The position numbers and the translations under genes are program-made. A DNA stretch of 44,111 nucleotides from Candidatus Shapirobacteria bacterium (GTDB lineage Bacteria; Patescibacteriota; Microgenomatia; PFEM01; JBDRBL01): NCBI GenBank assembly GCA_043822685.1, contig JBDRBL010000002.1, positions 1 through 44,111 on the forward strand. Direction: 5' to 3'. How positions within the stretch are numbered: position 1 is the stretch's first letter; each line of letters starts with the position of its first letter. Shown one piece after another: positions 15,468 to 25,879 of this stretch. The notes under the pieces are model-generated. The model saw only the letters and a program-made list of their open reading frames with translations, searched no databases and had not been told where the DNA came from.

Positions 15468-16640
15468 CTATTTCGTCTTGCTTAAAATTTCAAGCGCTTG
15501 TTCCAGTGGCAGATCAACCTCACTTTGATCAGTAGAGCTTTTCACTTCAATATCCGGAGTAATTCCCTGACCGGCAATTGAATTGCCTTGGGGAGTCAGC
15601 CAGCGGGCGACAGTAATGTGCAGTCCGGCGCCGCCGGAAAAATCTTCGGCTTCTTGAACACTCCCTTTGCCAAAGCTCTTTTCACCGACAATTTTAGCCC
15701 GATGATGATCCTGTAAAGCCCCGGCAACAATTTCCGAGGCCGAGGCGCTGCCCGGATTAATCAAAACAATCAGAGGAAAATCCGTCAACCGACCCTGGCG
15801 ATTAACCTGATAATCATCCTTGACACCGTCTCGAGACTCCTGACTGACAACAACGCCGGACGAAAGAAATTCAGAAGCGACAAAAACCGCCCCGGATAAA
15901 TAACCGCCCGGGTTATTACGCAAATCAAGAATAACCCCCCGAGAATTTTGGGCAACAATTTGAGAAACGGCCTGATGCCACTCCTCTTCAGTTCGGTCGC
16001 CAAAGCGGATTAACTTCAAATGGGCAAGATTATCGATAAACTCCAGCTCAACACTGGCAACAACAATCGTCGATCTTTCCAAATTGACTTCAAAAGCATC
16101 ATTAATCCCGGAGCGCAACAAAGTCAATTTGACCTTGGTACCTTCAGGTCCGCGAATCAATTTGACGGCCTCAAGTAAAGTAATTCCCTCGGTAATTTTT
16201 CCTTCAATTTTTAAAATCAGATCACCGGTTTTAACCCCTGCCCGATCAGCGGGAGTGCCTGTCAAAGGAGCAATGACCGAAAGCTGATTGTCCTTGTTGT
16301 AGCCCAGCTGAATTCCAACGCCCCCAAAACTACCATTCAAATCTTCTTTGGCTTGTTTGTTTTCTTCCGGAGACAGGAAAACCGTATAGGGATCTCCCAG
16401 TGAAGCGACCATGCCCTTGATCGCCCCATTGATCATTTGACCATCTTTAAGAGCTTCTTTGTCGAGATAATTAGTGGATAATCTCCCCCAGACATCCCAA
16501 AATAAGCCAAGATTACGAGTATTATTAGCAACCGAAGAAGATTGACTACGGTCATGTCGTCCGAAAGTAAAACCAGCGACTCCGGCAATAACTAAAAAAG
16601 AGGCGAACAGGACAAAATTGCGCAAGCGGGACAGCTTCAT
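15468..16640 (-). CDS. ctpA: S41 carboxy-terminal processing protease
   Basis: DPYT, PDZ, LDLRNNPGG, SASASEI and FGKGSVQ motifs. Confidence 0.95.
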   Translation of the reverse strand: MKLSRLRNFVLFASFLVIAGVAGFTFGRHDRSQSSSVANNTRNLGLFWDVWGRLSTNYLDKEALKDGQMINGAIKGMVASLGDPYTVFLSPEENKQAKEDLNGSFGGVGIQLGYNKDNQLSVIAPLTGTPADRAGVKTGDLILKIEGKITEGITLLEAVKLIRGPEGTKVKLTLLRSGINDAFEVNLERSTIVVASVELEFIDNLAHLKLIRFGDRTEEEWHQAVSQIVAQNSRGVILDLRNNPGGYLSGAVFVASEFLSSGVVVSQESRDGVKDDYQVNRQGRLTDFPLIVLINPGSASASEIVAGALQDHHRAKIVGEKSFGKGSVQEAEDFSGGAGLHITVARWLTPQGNSIAGQGITPDIEVKSSTDQSEVDLPLEQALEILSKTK

Positions 16641-16647
16641 AGCTCCT

Positions 16648-16893
16648 TCAGATTCGATTAACGAACGGCAACAAAGCTAAATGACGAGCCCGTTTAACCG
16701 CAACGGCTAAACGCCTCTGGTGTTTAGCGCAAAGACCACTGCGAGCAGGAGGAATGATTTTACCCCGCTCGGTAATTAAACGAGCAAGAACTTCTGTTTC
16801 GTGATAAACCGGAAGTGTCTTGGCAAGACAAAAAGAACACTTGCCGGGCCGAGCGAAAGCGGGTTTATTACGACGAAAGTTTTTTTTGATCAT
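16648..16893 (-). CDS. rpsR: 30S ribosomal protein S18
   Basis: CSFC...TERGKIIP...[21 protein letters not shown]. Confidence 0.97.
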   Translation of the reverse strand: MIKKNFRRNKPAFARPGKCSFCLAKTLPVYHETEVLARLITERGKIIPPARSGLCAKHQRRLAVAVKRARHLALLPFVNRI

Positions 16894-16899
16894 CTGTTT

Positions 16900-17371
<472 letters not shown>

Positions 17372-17394
<23 letters not shown>

Positions 17395-17686
17395 CTTTTT
17401 TACCCTCGCTTCTGACTAGTAAATAACGAATCACCCCATTTTCCAACCTGATCTTGCGATCAATCTCGAAAACCGCCTTGGCCGGAAGAGTAAAAGGAAG
17501 GTGATAATAATAACCAAGCGTTTTTTTTCTAATCGGATAGGCCAATTCTTTCTTGCCCCACTCAAGCACTTTTTCCGCCTTGCCTTTGGCCTGAACAATC
17601 ATTTTTTCAATTTTCTCGACCAGCTTCTTTTGTTCCTCCGACTTTAAATCCGGATCCAGAACCAAAGTTAATTCATACAAATTCAT
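17372..17686 (-). CDS. rpsF: 30S ribosomal protein S6
   Basis: YELTLVLDP...WGKKELAYPI...VIRYLLV; TGtTATAAT upstream. Confidence 0.97.
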
Positions 17687-17715
17687 AAGCAAAATTATAA
17701 CAAAGAGATTAATAA

Positions 17716-18615
17716 TTAACAACCCACCATAAATTCCACCACGTCGCCTTCTTGCATGACGTAATCCCGGCCTTCAAACCGAACTTTACCTGCCTCGCCC
17801 GCTCCTTTCCAGCCACCATACCGGATAAACTCCTGCCAGTTAATCACCTTGGCCTTGATAAAAGCCTGCATAAAATCGGTATGAATCACCCCGCTGGCCT
17901 TAAGCGCGCTCTCGCCGCGCCGAAGAGTCCAGGCGCGGACCTCCTTGACTCCCGCCGTCAAAAAAGTTTGCAAACCCAAAAGTTGATAGGCGGCTTTGAT
18001 TAATCTTTCCAAGCCACTCTCTTTCAAACCTAATTCCTGCAAAAAAGCTTGGCGTTCAGCCGGTTCTAACTCGCTCAACTCCATCTCAATTTTGGCGCAA
18101 ATTGGCAGATATTTGGGATCAAAACTTTTACCCAAATCTTTTTCACCAATATTTAAAACATAAAGCGCCGGTTTTTTGGCCAACAAAAAAGGTGATGAGC
18201 TGTCTAAATCCGCCAGCTCCAGCTCGGTTTGAATAATTTTTAAATCGTCTTCCGGATCAATCGCTCCTTCCCGCACCACATTTGGATCAGTAAAAGCGCG
18301 CACGACGTGCACAATCATCGCGCACTCGCGAATATGCGCCAAAAATTTATTGCCCAAACCTTGGCCAGTTGAGGCGCCCTTGACCAAACCGGCAATATCG
18401 ATGAACTCAATCACCGCCGGGATAATTTTTTCCGTGCGCACCACCGCCGCTAACTTGGCCAAGCGCTCGTCCGGCACCTCGACAATGCCCTTGTTGGGCT
18501 CAATGGTGCAAAAGGGATACGACGCCACATTGGCAATCTGCCGCGCTAACAGCGCGTTAAACAGCGTGCTCTTCCCCGCATTCGGCAATCCCACAATCCC
18601 GACCGAAAGATTCAT
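17716..18615 (-). CDS. ychF: Obg-like ATPase YchF (short form)
   Basis: GIVGLPNAGKST, YPFCTIEPN, DIAGLVKGA and TGS domain motifs. Confidence 0.96.
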   Translation of the reverse strand: MNLSVGIVGLPNAGKSTLFNALLARQIANVASYPFCTIEPNKGIVEVPDERLAKLAAVVRTEKIIPAVIEFIDIAGLVKGASTGQGLGNKFLAHIRECAMIVHVVRAFTDPNVVREGAIDPEDDLKIIQTELELADLDSSSPFLLAKKPALYVLNIGEKDLGKSFDPKYLPICAKIEMELSELEPAERQAFLQELGLKESGLERLIKAAYQLLGLQTFLTAGVKEVRAWTLRRGESALKASGVIHTDFMQAFIKAKVINWQEFIRYGGWKGAGEAGKVRFEGRDYVMQEGDVVEFMVGC

Positions 18616-18773
18616 AAGGCTATTTTAACATGTGCAAATAACATTAATCTCTTGTCTCTCGCCCAAAAGTTGCAACAGGGAATTAGAATTAAGAAAGTGC
18701 TTTTTGCCGGATTTCTTTGTGCCTCCAACGTCTTGATTAAATCGAGGTGATTCATTAGAATGAATTTTATCAT

Positions 18774-20501
18774 ATGCTCAAAATTTACCGAAGATACTAT
18801 CAATTTTTGTTTCGCTACCGCGGGAAGTTTATTTTATTTTTAATCTCGTCCCTAGTTTTTGGCTTGGCAACCGCCGTTCAACCTTATTTTTATAAATTAT
18901 TTATTGACGCGATTCCCGCTGGGAACCATCAGCATTTACTGCAAATTTTGTGGTTTTATCTGGCTTTTCGCTTGCTGGAAGTCGTCTTTGATTTACTGAC
19001 TTTTTGGCTGGGCGATCTGATTCTTTTACCGGCCAGCGCCGATTTGCGCCAAGCAGTAATGAAGAAAATCCAAGAGTTGGATTTTGCTTTTCACCTGTCG
19101 CGTTCTACCGGTTCATTGATTTCTCTCATCAAGCGCGGTGACGGCGCTTTTTTTGATCTTTTTCATTCACTGCATCACCGACTCTTTAGAATCAGCATTA
19201 TTTTCTTCACTATGCTTTTTTTCCTCAACCAGATCAATCACTGGATTATGGGCATTATGCTGATCTCTTTTGCTTTAAATTTGCTTTTGGCTTGGTTTTT
19301 GATCAGAAAAAACATCACCTTTCGCCGGCAGTTCAATCAGGCCGAAGACAAAGTCTCGGAGGTAATCGTCGACAACCTCATTAACTTTGAAACCGTCAAG
19401 CTTTTTGCCAAAGAAAACTGGGAACAAGAACGGTTGCGAATTTGTTTTGATTCATGGCTCAAAAAACTCTGGCGGTATGCCAACAGTTTTCGTTTTATCG
19501 ATGGCGGAGTTGGCGTGCTGGGCAATCTTGGTCTTTTGGCCATTCTATTTACGGGTCTTAAATGGCTCAATCAAAATCACTTAACTACCGGCGAATATGT
19601 GATGATTTTGGGCTTTACCGCTTCTTTCTATCCGCGATTTTTTGAGATGATTTACGAATTGCGCAATTTAGCCAAAAACCACACCGATATTCAACGCTAT
19701 TTGGGCATATTGAACGAAGAAACTCAAGTTAAAGATCCCCCTCAACCCGTCAATCTTTCCCGAATCAACGGCGAGATCGAGTTTAAAGATATTTCTTTTT
19801 CTTATCCGGAAGGCAAAAAAGATGCCTTAAAAAAGTTTAGTTTACGCCTGCGCGCCGGCCAATCGGTCGCTCTTGTTGGCCGCTCCGGCGCCGGTAAAAC
19901 CACGATCGTGAAACTTTTGATGCGTTTTTACGATCCCGATCAAGGCCAAATTACGTTGGATAAAACTGACATTAAAAGTTTCGCCAAAAGTCAATTAAGA
20001 TCTTTTATTGGCGTTGTCCCCCAAGAACCAATTCTCTTCAATCACACCATTGCTTACAACATCGGCTACGGCGCCGATAAAGCTACCGAGCAGGAGATCA
20101 TCGCCGCCGCCAAAATGGCCAATTTGCATGATTTTATTGAAACCCTACCCAAAAAATACGCCACCCATGTGGGCGAACGCGGAGTGAAGTTATCCGGCGG
20201 ACAAAAACAACGATTGGCAATCGCTCGCATGATTTTGTCCAATCCGGATATTGTTATCTTTGACGAGGCCACTTCACAGCTGGACTCGGAATCGGAAAAA
20301 CTGATCCAGGAAGCCTTCTGGAAGGCGGTTAAAAACAAAACGACGATCATTATCGCCCATCGTCTCTCTACTGTGGTTAAAGCGGAAAAAATTGTCGTGA
20401 TGAAAGACGGCGAGTTCGCGGAAATGGGTTCCCATCGAAGCTTGCTGGCGCAAAAAAACAGCCTATACGCCGGCTTCTGGCGGCTACAGAAAATAAATTA
20501 G
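18774..20501 (+). CDS. ABC exporter, fused TMD-NBD (ATM1/MsbA-like)
   Basis: GRSGAGKT, LSGGQKQR, IFDEATS and IAHRLST motifs; NFETVK; TM domain. Confidence 0.95.
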   Translation: MLKIYRRYYQFLFRYRGKFILFLISSLVFGLATAVQPYFYKLFIDAIPAGNHQHLLQILWFYLAFRLLEVVFDLLTFWLGDLILLPASADLRQAVMKKIQELDFAFHLSRSTGSLISLIKRGDGAFFDLFHSLHHRLFRISIIFFTMLFFLNQINHWIMGIMLISFALNLLLAWFLIRKNITFRRQFNQAEDKVSEVIVDNLINFETVKLFAKENWEQERLRICFDSWLKKLWRYANSFRFIDGGVGVLGNLGLLAILFTGLKWLNQNHLTTGEYVMILGFTASFYPRFFEMIYELRNLAKNHTDIQRYLGILNEETQVKDPPQPVNLSRINGEIEFKDISFSYPEGKKDALKKFSLRLRAGQSVALVGRSGAGKTTIVKLLMRFYDPDQGQITLDKTDIKSFAKSQLRSFIGVVPQEPILFNHTIAYNIGYGADKATEQEIIAAAKMANLHDFIETLPKKYATHVGERGVKLSGGQKQRLAIARMILSNPDIVIFDEATSQLDSESEKLIQEAFWKAVKNKTTIIIAHRLSTVVKAEKIVVMKDGEFAEMGSHRSLLAQKNSLYAGFWRLQKIN

Positions 20502-21481
20502 AGCAGTTTTTCCTGCTGGTATTTGGCCGGCAGGGGCAAGTTCAAAAGATTAAAAGCTTGAGGAGTTAGCTGACGGCCGCGGGCGGTGCGTTTAAGAAGG
20601 CCGCTTTGCATCAAATAGGGCTCATAGACACTTTCAATCGTACCCACGTCTTCGCTGATAGTCGCCGCCAGCGTTTCCAAACCCACCGGTCCGCCTTGAT
20701 GTTTCTCCGCCAAGCCACGCAATAATTGTCGATCGGCCGCAGTTAAACCAAAATCATCGACAGCCAAAAGATTTAGGGCTTTTAGAGCGGTTGGAGAATC
20801 AATAAAGTCTTCACCCGAGACTTGGGCAAAATCACGCACCCGACGCAAAATTCGATTGGCGGTTCGGGGCGTCCCCCGACTTCGCCGAGCGATTTCCAGA
20901 GCCGCTTTAGGATCAAGGTTGATTCCCAGAATTTTTGCCGAACGGCCAATGATTTCAATCAAATCATCGTCAGTATAAAACTCCAACCGATGGGTAAAAC
21001 CGAAGCGATCCCGCATCGGCGCCGAGAGCAGACCAATTCGGGTAGTGGCCCCAATGAGAGTGAAATGATTTAATTCCAGCCGCAGAGTGCGGGCCGCCGG
21101 GCCCCGACCCAAAACCAGATCCAACCGAAAATCCTCCATCGCCGGATACAAAGTTTCTTCAACCGCTTTATTTAACCGATGAATTTCGTCAATAAAAAAA
21201 ATATCCCCTTCGGCTAGTGAGGTAAGAATCGCCGCCAAATCCCCCGCTCTTTCCAGAGCGGGACCGGCAGTGATCTTAATACTAACCCCCGTTTCTCTCG
21301 CCAGCAAATTAGCCAATGTCGTTTTGCCTAAACCGGGCGGACCGTAAAACAACAGATGTTCCAGCGGCTGTTTTCTCTTCTTGGCCGCGGCCACCAAAAC
21401 TGCCAACTGTTTTTTTAAACCACTCTGGCCAACAAAATCCGTGAGTTTTTCCGGACGTAAACTTAAATCTAGATCGCTCAT
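20498..21481 (-). CDS. ruvB: Holliday junction branch migration ATPase
   Basis: LRP, GPPGLGKTT, FIDEIHRL, GATTR and RGTPR motifs. Confidence 0.99.
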   Translation of the reverse strand: MSDLDLSLRPEKLTDFVGQSGLKKQLAVLVAAAKKRKQPLEHLLFYGPPGLGKTTLANLLARETGVSIKITAGPALERAGDLAAILTSLAEGDIFFIDEIHRLNKAVEETLYPAMEDFRLDLVLGRGPAARTLRLELNHFTLIGATTRIGLLSAPMRDRFGFTHRLEFYTDDDLIEIIGRSAKILGINLDPKAALEIARRSRGTPRTANRILRRVRDFAQVSGEDFIDSPTALKALNLLAVDDFGLTAADRQLLRGLAEKHQGGPVGLETLAATISEDVGTIESVYEPYLMQSGLLKRTARGRQLTPQAFNLLNLPLPAKYQQEKLL

Positions 21482-22041
21482 TTTTGGGATAAATTTTTCA
21501 AAGCAAATTTAATCTTTTCTTCCTCGGTCAGTAAATCGGCAGGCAGTTGAGTCAAAACAGCGCGAATCTCCTCGACTCTAAAGCCCAGACCGCGCAAGGC
21601 CAAAACAACCTCGTCTTGAGCCTGAAAATCAAGATCTTTTAAGCCGCCGGCTTTATTTTTTAAATCAACAATGATTCGCTGGGCTGTTTTGGTACCCAAA
21701 CCTTTGACCTGTTGAAAAAAAACCAAACTGGCCTGTTGCACCGCTTGAATAATCTGCTCTCCCCCGCCGGCGGCGAAAATACTCAAGGCGGTCTTGGGGC
21801 CAACGCCGGAAACGCCAATCAATAATTCAAAAACTTCTTTATCGCGCCGCGCCAAAAAACCAAAAAGCTGGTTTCTGTCTTCGGTAAGATACTGGTACAC
21901 AAAAATTTCCAACTCCTGATCCAGAGTCAACCGGACTAACTTATGGGCGGGTAAAAAAACTTCATAACCAATATTATTGACCAGAAGATCAATTTTGTTT
22001 GCTCCCAAAAAAATAATTTTGCCTTTTAAAAAAGAAATCAT
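21478..22041 (-). CDS. ruvA: Holliday junction binding protein
   Basis: MISFLKG...NIGYEV...VSGVGPKTAL...GLGTKTAQRI. Confidence 0.97.
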   Translation of the reverse strand: MISFLKGKIIFLGANKIDLLVNNIGYEVFLPAHKLVRLTLDQELEIFVYQYLTEDRNQLFGFLARRDKEVFELLIGVSGVGPKTALSIFAAGGGEQIIQAVQQASLVFFQQVKGLGTKTAQRIIVDLKNKAGGLKDLDFQAQDEVVLALRGLGFRVEEIRAVLTQLPADLLTEEEKIKFALKNLSQK

Positions 22042-22043
22042 TA

Positions 22044-22520
22044 TTATTTTAACCTCTCGTTCGTAAACAAATAAGTCAGAGCCACTGCGACCGCGTCGGC
22101 GGCATGATTCGGTTTTATTTTGGTAGTTAGATTTAAACACTTTTGGAGCATAAATTCAACTTGGTTTTTATCGGCTCGGCCATAACCGGTTAACGTCATC
22201 TTGATATTCAATGGCGTAAATTCGGCCACCGTCAAACCCAACCGCGCTCCAACCATCTTGATCACTCCTAACGATTGACCAATTTTCAAAGCCGTTTTGA
22301 CGTTCTTGGCAAAAAAGATCTCTTCGACCGCTAAAACTTGAGGCCGATAAAGCCTCGCCAATTTTTGGATTTCTTCACCTATTCTGGCCAAGCGCGGAGC
22401 TAAAGATTGATCGGCTGAAGTTTTAAAACAGCCGTAAGCCAGCAAAATTGGCGGCTCCTTTTTTTGGACTACCGCCCAGCCGGTAGAAGCCAGGCCGGGG
22501 TCAATGCCTAAAACTATCAT
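22044..22520 (-). CDS. ruvC: Crossover junction endodeoxyribonuclease
   Basis: LGIDPG, AVEEIFF, GYGRADK and HAADAVAVA motifs. Confidence 0.97.
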   Translation of the reverse strand: MIVLGIDPGLASTGWAVVQKKEPPILLAYGCFKTSADQSLAPRLARIGEEIQKLARLYRPQVLAVEEIFFAKNVKTALKIGQSLGVIKMVGARLGLTVAEFTPLNIKMTLTGYGRADKNQVEFMLQKCLNLTTKIKPNHAADAVAVALTYLFTNERLK

Positions 22521-23083
22521 CGGATAACAAAATCCCCCGGCTTAAAAAAATCTTTAAACTGGCTCGTAAGTTGCGCCATTGTTTCTGTCAATGATTGAAG
22601 AAAATTAGCGGCCAGCAACTTTTTACTCTCCACCTTGAGAAAATACTGATTTGGCCAGGCCACTTTTAAAAAACCGGTTACTTGATAATTTTTTCCCTTT
22701 TGCCAATCACCGCAATCATAACCGCAATCGTTTCGAAAACAAAAAGCATCCAACTGAAGCAGGTATTGATCGCTCATCTGCAAATTAACCTTGTCCGGAC
22801 AAGTGCAGCAGCGATCATCGGCGGGACACTCGGCTTGGGGACAAACTGCGGGCGACTGCTCTAGTTTGCCCTCAACCACAACTCGCTGCTCATGATAATT
22901 GCCGGCAAAAAGTTGTTTTAAGGTCAGAGCCTCACTCGAAACGGCTGAATCAGTCACCATAAACATTGGTCGCCGCCAAGAAAGACGATAAAAATCGGGT
23001 GACAAACGCCACAAAAAAACAAAGGCCGCCAGAGCAATAACTAATACTAAAATCAATTCCCTCGACCAAGATTTGGCTTTCAT
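22517..23083 (-). CDS. Membrane-anchored Cys-rich hypothetical protein
   Basis: N-terminal TM; 8 Cys; translationally coupled between cysS and ruvC. Confidence 0.7.
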   Translation of the reverse strand: MKAKSWSRELILVLVIALAAFVFLWRLSPDFYRLSWRRPMFMVTDSAVSSEALTLKQLFAGNYHEQRVVVEGKLEQSPAVCPQAECPADDRCCTCPDKVNLQMSDQYLLQLDAFCFRNDCGYDCGDWQKGKNYQVTGFLKVAWPNQYFLKVESKKLLAANFLQSLTETMAQLTSQFKDFFKPGDFVIR

Positions 23084-24480
23084 AATTTAGTTATTTTTGT
23101 AGGCCCGGAAATCTCATCTTTAACTTGCCAGCCAAGGCGCTGAATCTCTCCCCGCAAACGATCCGCCAGAGACCAGTTTTTAGCCAGACGAGCCTTCTCT
23201 CTTTGCGCCGCTAATTTCTGAACCTCCTCCGAAACTGCTTCAGATTCTCCCTGGTCTAATTCTAAACCCAAAACCGCCTCAAAGTCGAGTAACAGATCGT
23301 ACTTGTCTCGACCGGGAAGATTGGATTTGGCAATCTCCCAGACAACGGCCAAAGCTTGAGGCAAATTAAGATCACTCGCCAAAGCTGTCTTAAGGCGCTC
23401 TCGATAGTTATCAATTTGGGTGTTTTTTTCGGAAGAAAGCGCATCGCGGCTTGTCTTAAAACTCTGAACCAGTCGACGCAGATTTTGCCAAGAGCGAGCG
23501 GCATTATCAAGCGCTTCCCAGCTAAAATCCAAGCCCTTGCGATATTGAGAATTAAAAATTAAATAGCGTAAACTTAAAGGTGAATAGCCTTGAGCGACTA
23601 ATTCTTGAGCGGTGACAAAGTTACCCAAACTTTTACTCATTTTTTCTCCGCCCTTGCCCGTCAGCCAAGCGTTATGTAACCAATAGTTGGCGGTTTGATG
23701 GCCAAAAGCGCCGTAAGCTTGGGCAATTTCGTTGGTATGATGCACCCCGACATGTTCAATACCGCCGGTATGAATATCAAATTTATTTCCCAAATATGTG
23801 GTGGACATGGCCGTGCATTCAAGATGCCAGCCGGGGTAACCCTTGCCCCAAGGACTTTCCCAAGCCATCTGATGATGTGGATCAAAAACCCACAAAAAGA
23901 AATCCCAAGGTTGTTTTTTCTCCGGATCGTCTTTAACTTCATTAACCCGCGCCGTTTTTTGTTGAGTTAAATTTAATTGAGCAAAGCGGGCATAATCGGG
24001 AAATTTGCTCGTATCAAAAACCAGGCCTTTTTTAGTTTGATAGGTAAAACCACGCGCTTCAATCAATTGAACCAGTTGAATTTGCTCTTTAATATGATCG
24101 GTCGCTCGGCACAAAACATCCGGAGGTTGAATATTTAATAAATTCAAACTGTCTTTAAACTGCGCTATATATTTATCGGCTACTTCCCAGACACTAATCC
24201 CTTCACGCTTGGCGCCTTTCTCCATTTTGTCCTCGCCGGTATCGGCATCGGAAGTGAGATGGCCCACATCAGTAACATTCATTACCCATGTAACTTTAAA
24301 ACCGGACCAACGCAAAAACCGCACCAAAGTATCCCAGTGAACATAAGCATACATGTGACCGATATGCTGGTTCCAATAAACCGTCGGACCGCAGGAATAC
24401 ACCCCGGCTTCACCTTCTTTAATCGGCCTAAACTCCTCCAGCTTTCGGGTTAAAGTGTTATAAAACTTGATCATTTTCAT
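23080..24480 (-). CDS. cysS: Cysteinyl-tRNA synthetase
   Basis: CGPTVY..HIGH, PGWHLEC and KMSKS motifs. Confidence 0.99.
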   Translation of the reverse strand: MKMIKFYNTLTRKLEEFRPIKEGEAGVYSCGPTVYWNQHIGHMYAYVHWDTLVRFLRWSGFKVTWVMNVTDVGHLTSDADTGEDKMEKGAKREGISVWEVADKYIAQFKDSLNLLNIQPPDVLCRATDHIKEQIQLVQLIEARGFTYQTKKGLVFDTSKFPDYARFAQLNLTQQKTARVNEVKDDPEKKQPWDFFLWVFDPHHQMAWESPWGKGYPGWHLECTAMSTTYLGNKFDIHTGGIEHVGVHHTNEIAQAYGAFGHQTANYWLHNAWLTGKGGEKMSKSLGNFVTAQELVAQGYSPLSLRYLIFNSQYRKGLDFSWEALDNAARSWQNLRRLVQSFKTSRDALSSEKNTQIDNYRERLKTALASDLNLPQALAVVWEIAKSNLPGRDKYDLLLDFEAVLGLELDQGESEAVSEEVQKLAAQREKARLAKNWSLADRLRGEIQRLGWQVKDEISGPTKITKL

Positions 24481-24485
24481 TTTTG

Positions 24486-24977
24486 TCATCCTCCCACGCC
24501 ACTGCCTTGGCGCTTTTCGGAAGAAAACTGATCAAAGGCGGAGCGGGCCTTGCGCCGAACAGCGCCAAAGAGCCAGCCGCCGCGTTTGGGCGTAGTTTTT
24601 TCCATTGTCGGTAAAGAGGCCGTCTGTTGTTCGGGTATCGGTTGAGTCTGTTGGCGCCGCGCTTCGAGTTGTTGTTCCCGCGTTGCGTGTGCTTTTTTAA
24701 TGCCTTCTTCAATTTCCCTTTTTAACCGCCCGGCAATCTCTCTAGCTTGCCGGCCACTTTGCCGCTTGTCCAATTCAGCCATGCGCCGAATTTGCAGGGA
24801 GGGGTCTTCAGAGAGAGTCGTGGTATTCGGGGACTTCAGGGATTTCGGGGAAGATTTTTTTGGCTGGACACCAAGTTGCTCCAGTGCTTCAACAGCTAAT
24901 TCTTTAGGCTGGTCTTTGACCGTTTCCAGAGTATCTCGGGCAATTTGCGTTAGTTGTTGAGCCACATTTTTAACCAT
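24486..24977 (-). CDS. Hypothetical coiled-coil protein
   Basis: ORF fills the gap between recR and cysS on the same strand. Confidence 0.7.
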   Translation of the reverse strand: MVKNVAQQLTQIARDTLETVKDQPKELAVEALEQLGVQPKKSSPKSLKSPNTTTLSEDPSLQIRRMAELDKRQSGRQAREIAGRLKREIEEGIKKAHATREQQLEARRQQTQPIPEQQTASLPTMEKTTPKRGGWLFGAVRRKARSAFDQFSSEKRQGSGVGG

Positions 24978-24979
24978 AA

Positions 24980-25576
24980 TTAATATTCCCGTCTGCCTTC
25001 AAGGGCTTTTTTGAGAGTATTTTCGTCCGCATACTCCAAATCTCCTCCCGTAGGCAATCCTATCCCTAATCTGGTAGTTTTGACTTTTACGTCTTGCGCT
25101 TTGAGCTTTTGCCGCAAATACATCGCCGTCGCTTCGCCCTCCATATTGGGATTAGTCGCGAGGATAAGCTCCTCAACATTGATTAGGCGCGGAAAAATCT
25201 CTTTGAAGTGCAGTTCTTCCGGACCGATATTGTTTAAAGGCGAGATGGCGCCATGCAAAACATGATACAAACCCCGATAGCCGCCGGTTTTCTCCAAGGC
25301 CAAAACATCCAAAGGAGTTTCAACAATACAAAGAGTTTTTTGGTCACGAGCCGGGTCGCGACAAACGGGGCAGGGATCAGTCTCGGCAATGTTAAAACAC
25401 AGGGAACAAAAAACGGTTTGTTTTTTTAAATTGGATAAATTATCAGCAAAATCGTCAAGCTGTCCTTGAGGAACGTGAAGCAGATAAAAAGCCAACCGGG
25501 AAGCGGTCTTGGGACCAATTCCGGGCAATTTTTCAAAAGATTCGACGAGCTTTCTAATCGGCCGGGCCAAAATCAT
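24980..25576 (-). CDS. recR: Recombination mediator RecR
   Basis: LPGIGPKTA, C4 zinc finger, YHVLHG and ATNPNMEGEAT motifs. Confidence 0.98.
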   Translation of the reverse strand: MILARPIRKLVESFEKLPGIGPKTASRLAFYLLHVPQGQLDDFADNLSNLKKQTVFCSLCFNIAETDPCPVCRDPARDQKTLCIVETPLDVLALEKTGGYRGLYHVLHGAISPLNNIGPEELHFKEIFPRLINVEELILATNPNMEGEATAMYLRQKLKAQDVKVKTTRLGIGLPTGGDLEYADENTLKKALEGRREY

Positions 25577-25581
25577 AGAGA

Positions 25582-25869
25582 TTATTTCCCCAGATTGCCT
25601 AAAAGACCGGATAAGCCTCCTGACATCTCCTGAAGACGTTTGGCCGCCATTTCCTGGGATTTTTTAATCGCCTTGTTTAACACCTCGATCATCACCAAAT
25701 TGGCAACGCCCTGCACGGTCAACTCCTTGATTTTCTGTTCGCCGGTGATAACGATTTTAACCCCGTTTTCTTCAACGGTTAAATCCCGAGCCGCCAATTG
25801 TTTCTGAATCTGGACGGCCTGATCGCGCATTTTTTTTAACTCACCCAGTTGTTTTAATTTGTCAAACAT
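25582..25869 (-). CDS. ybaB: YbaB/EbfC nucleoid-associated protein
   Basis: Lies between dnaX and recR; GVKIVITGEQKI...NKAIKK; SD GAGGAGG. Confidence 0.85.
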   Translation of the reverse strand: MFDKLKQLGELKKMRDQAVQIQKQLAARDLTVEENGVKIVITGEQKIKELTVQGVANLVMIEVLNKAIKKSQEMAAKRLQEMSGGLSGLLGNLGK

Positions 25870-25879
25870 TTTTCCTCCT

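Noticed and set aside
18640-18755. Possible N-terminal remnant of a DNA alkylation repair gene (MNHLDLIKTLEAQRNPAK…)
   Set aside because: The similarity is too short to support without a search.
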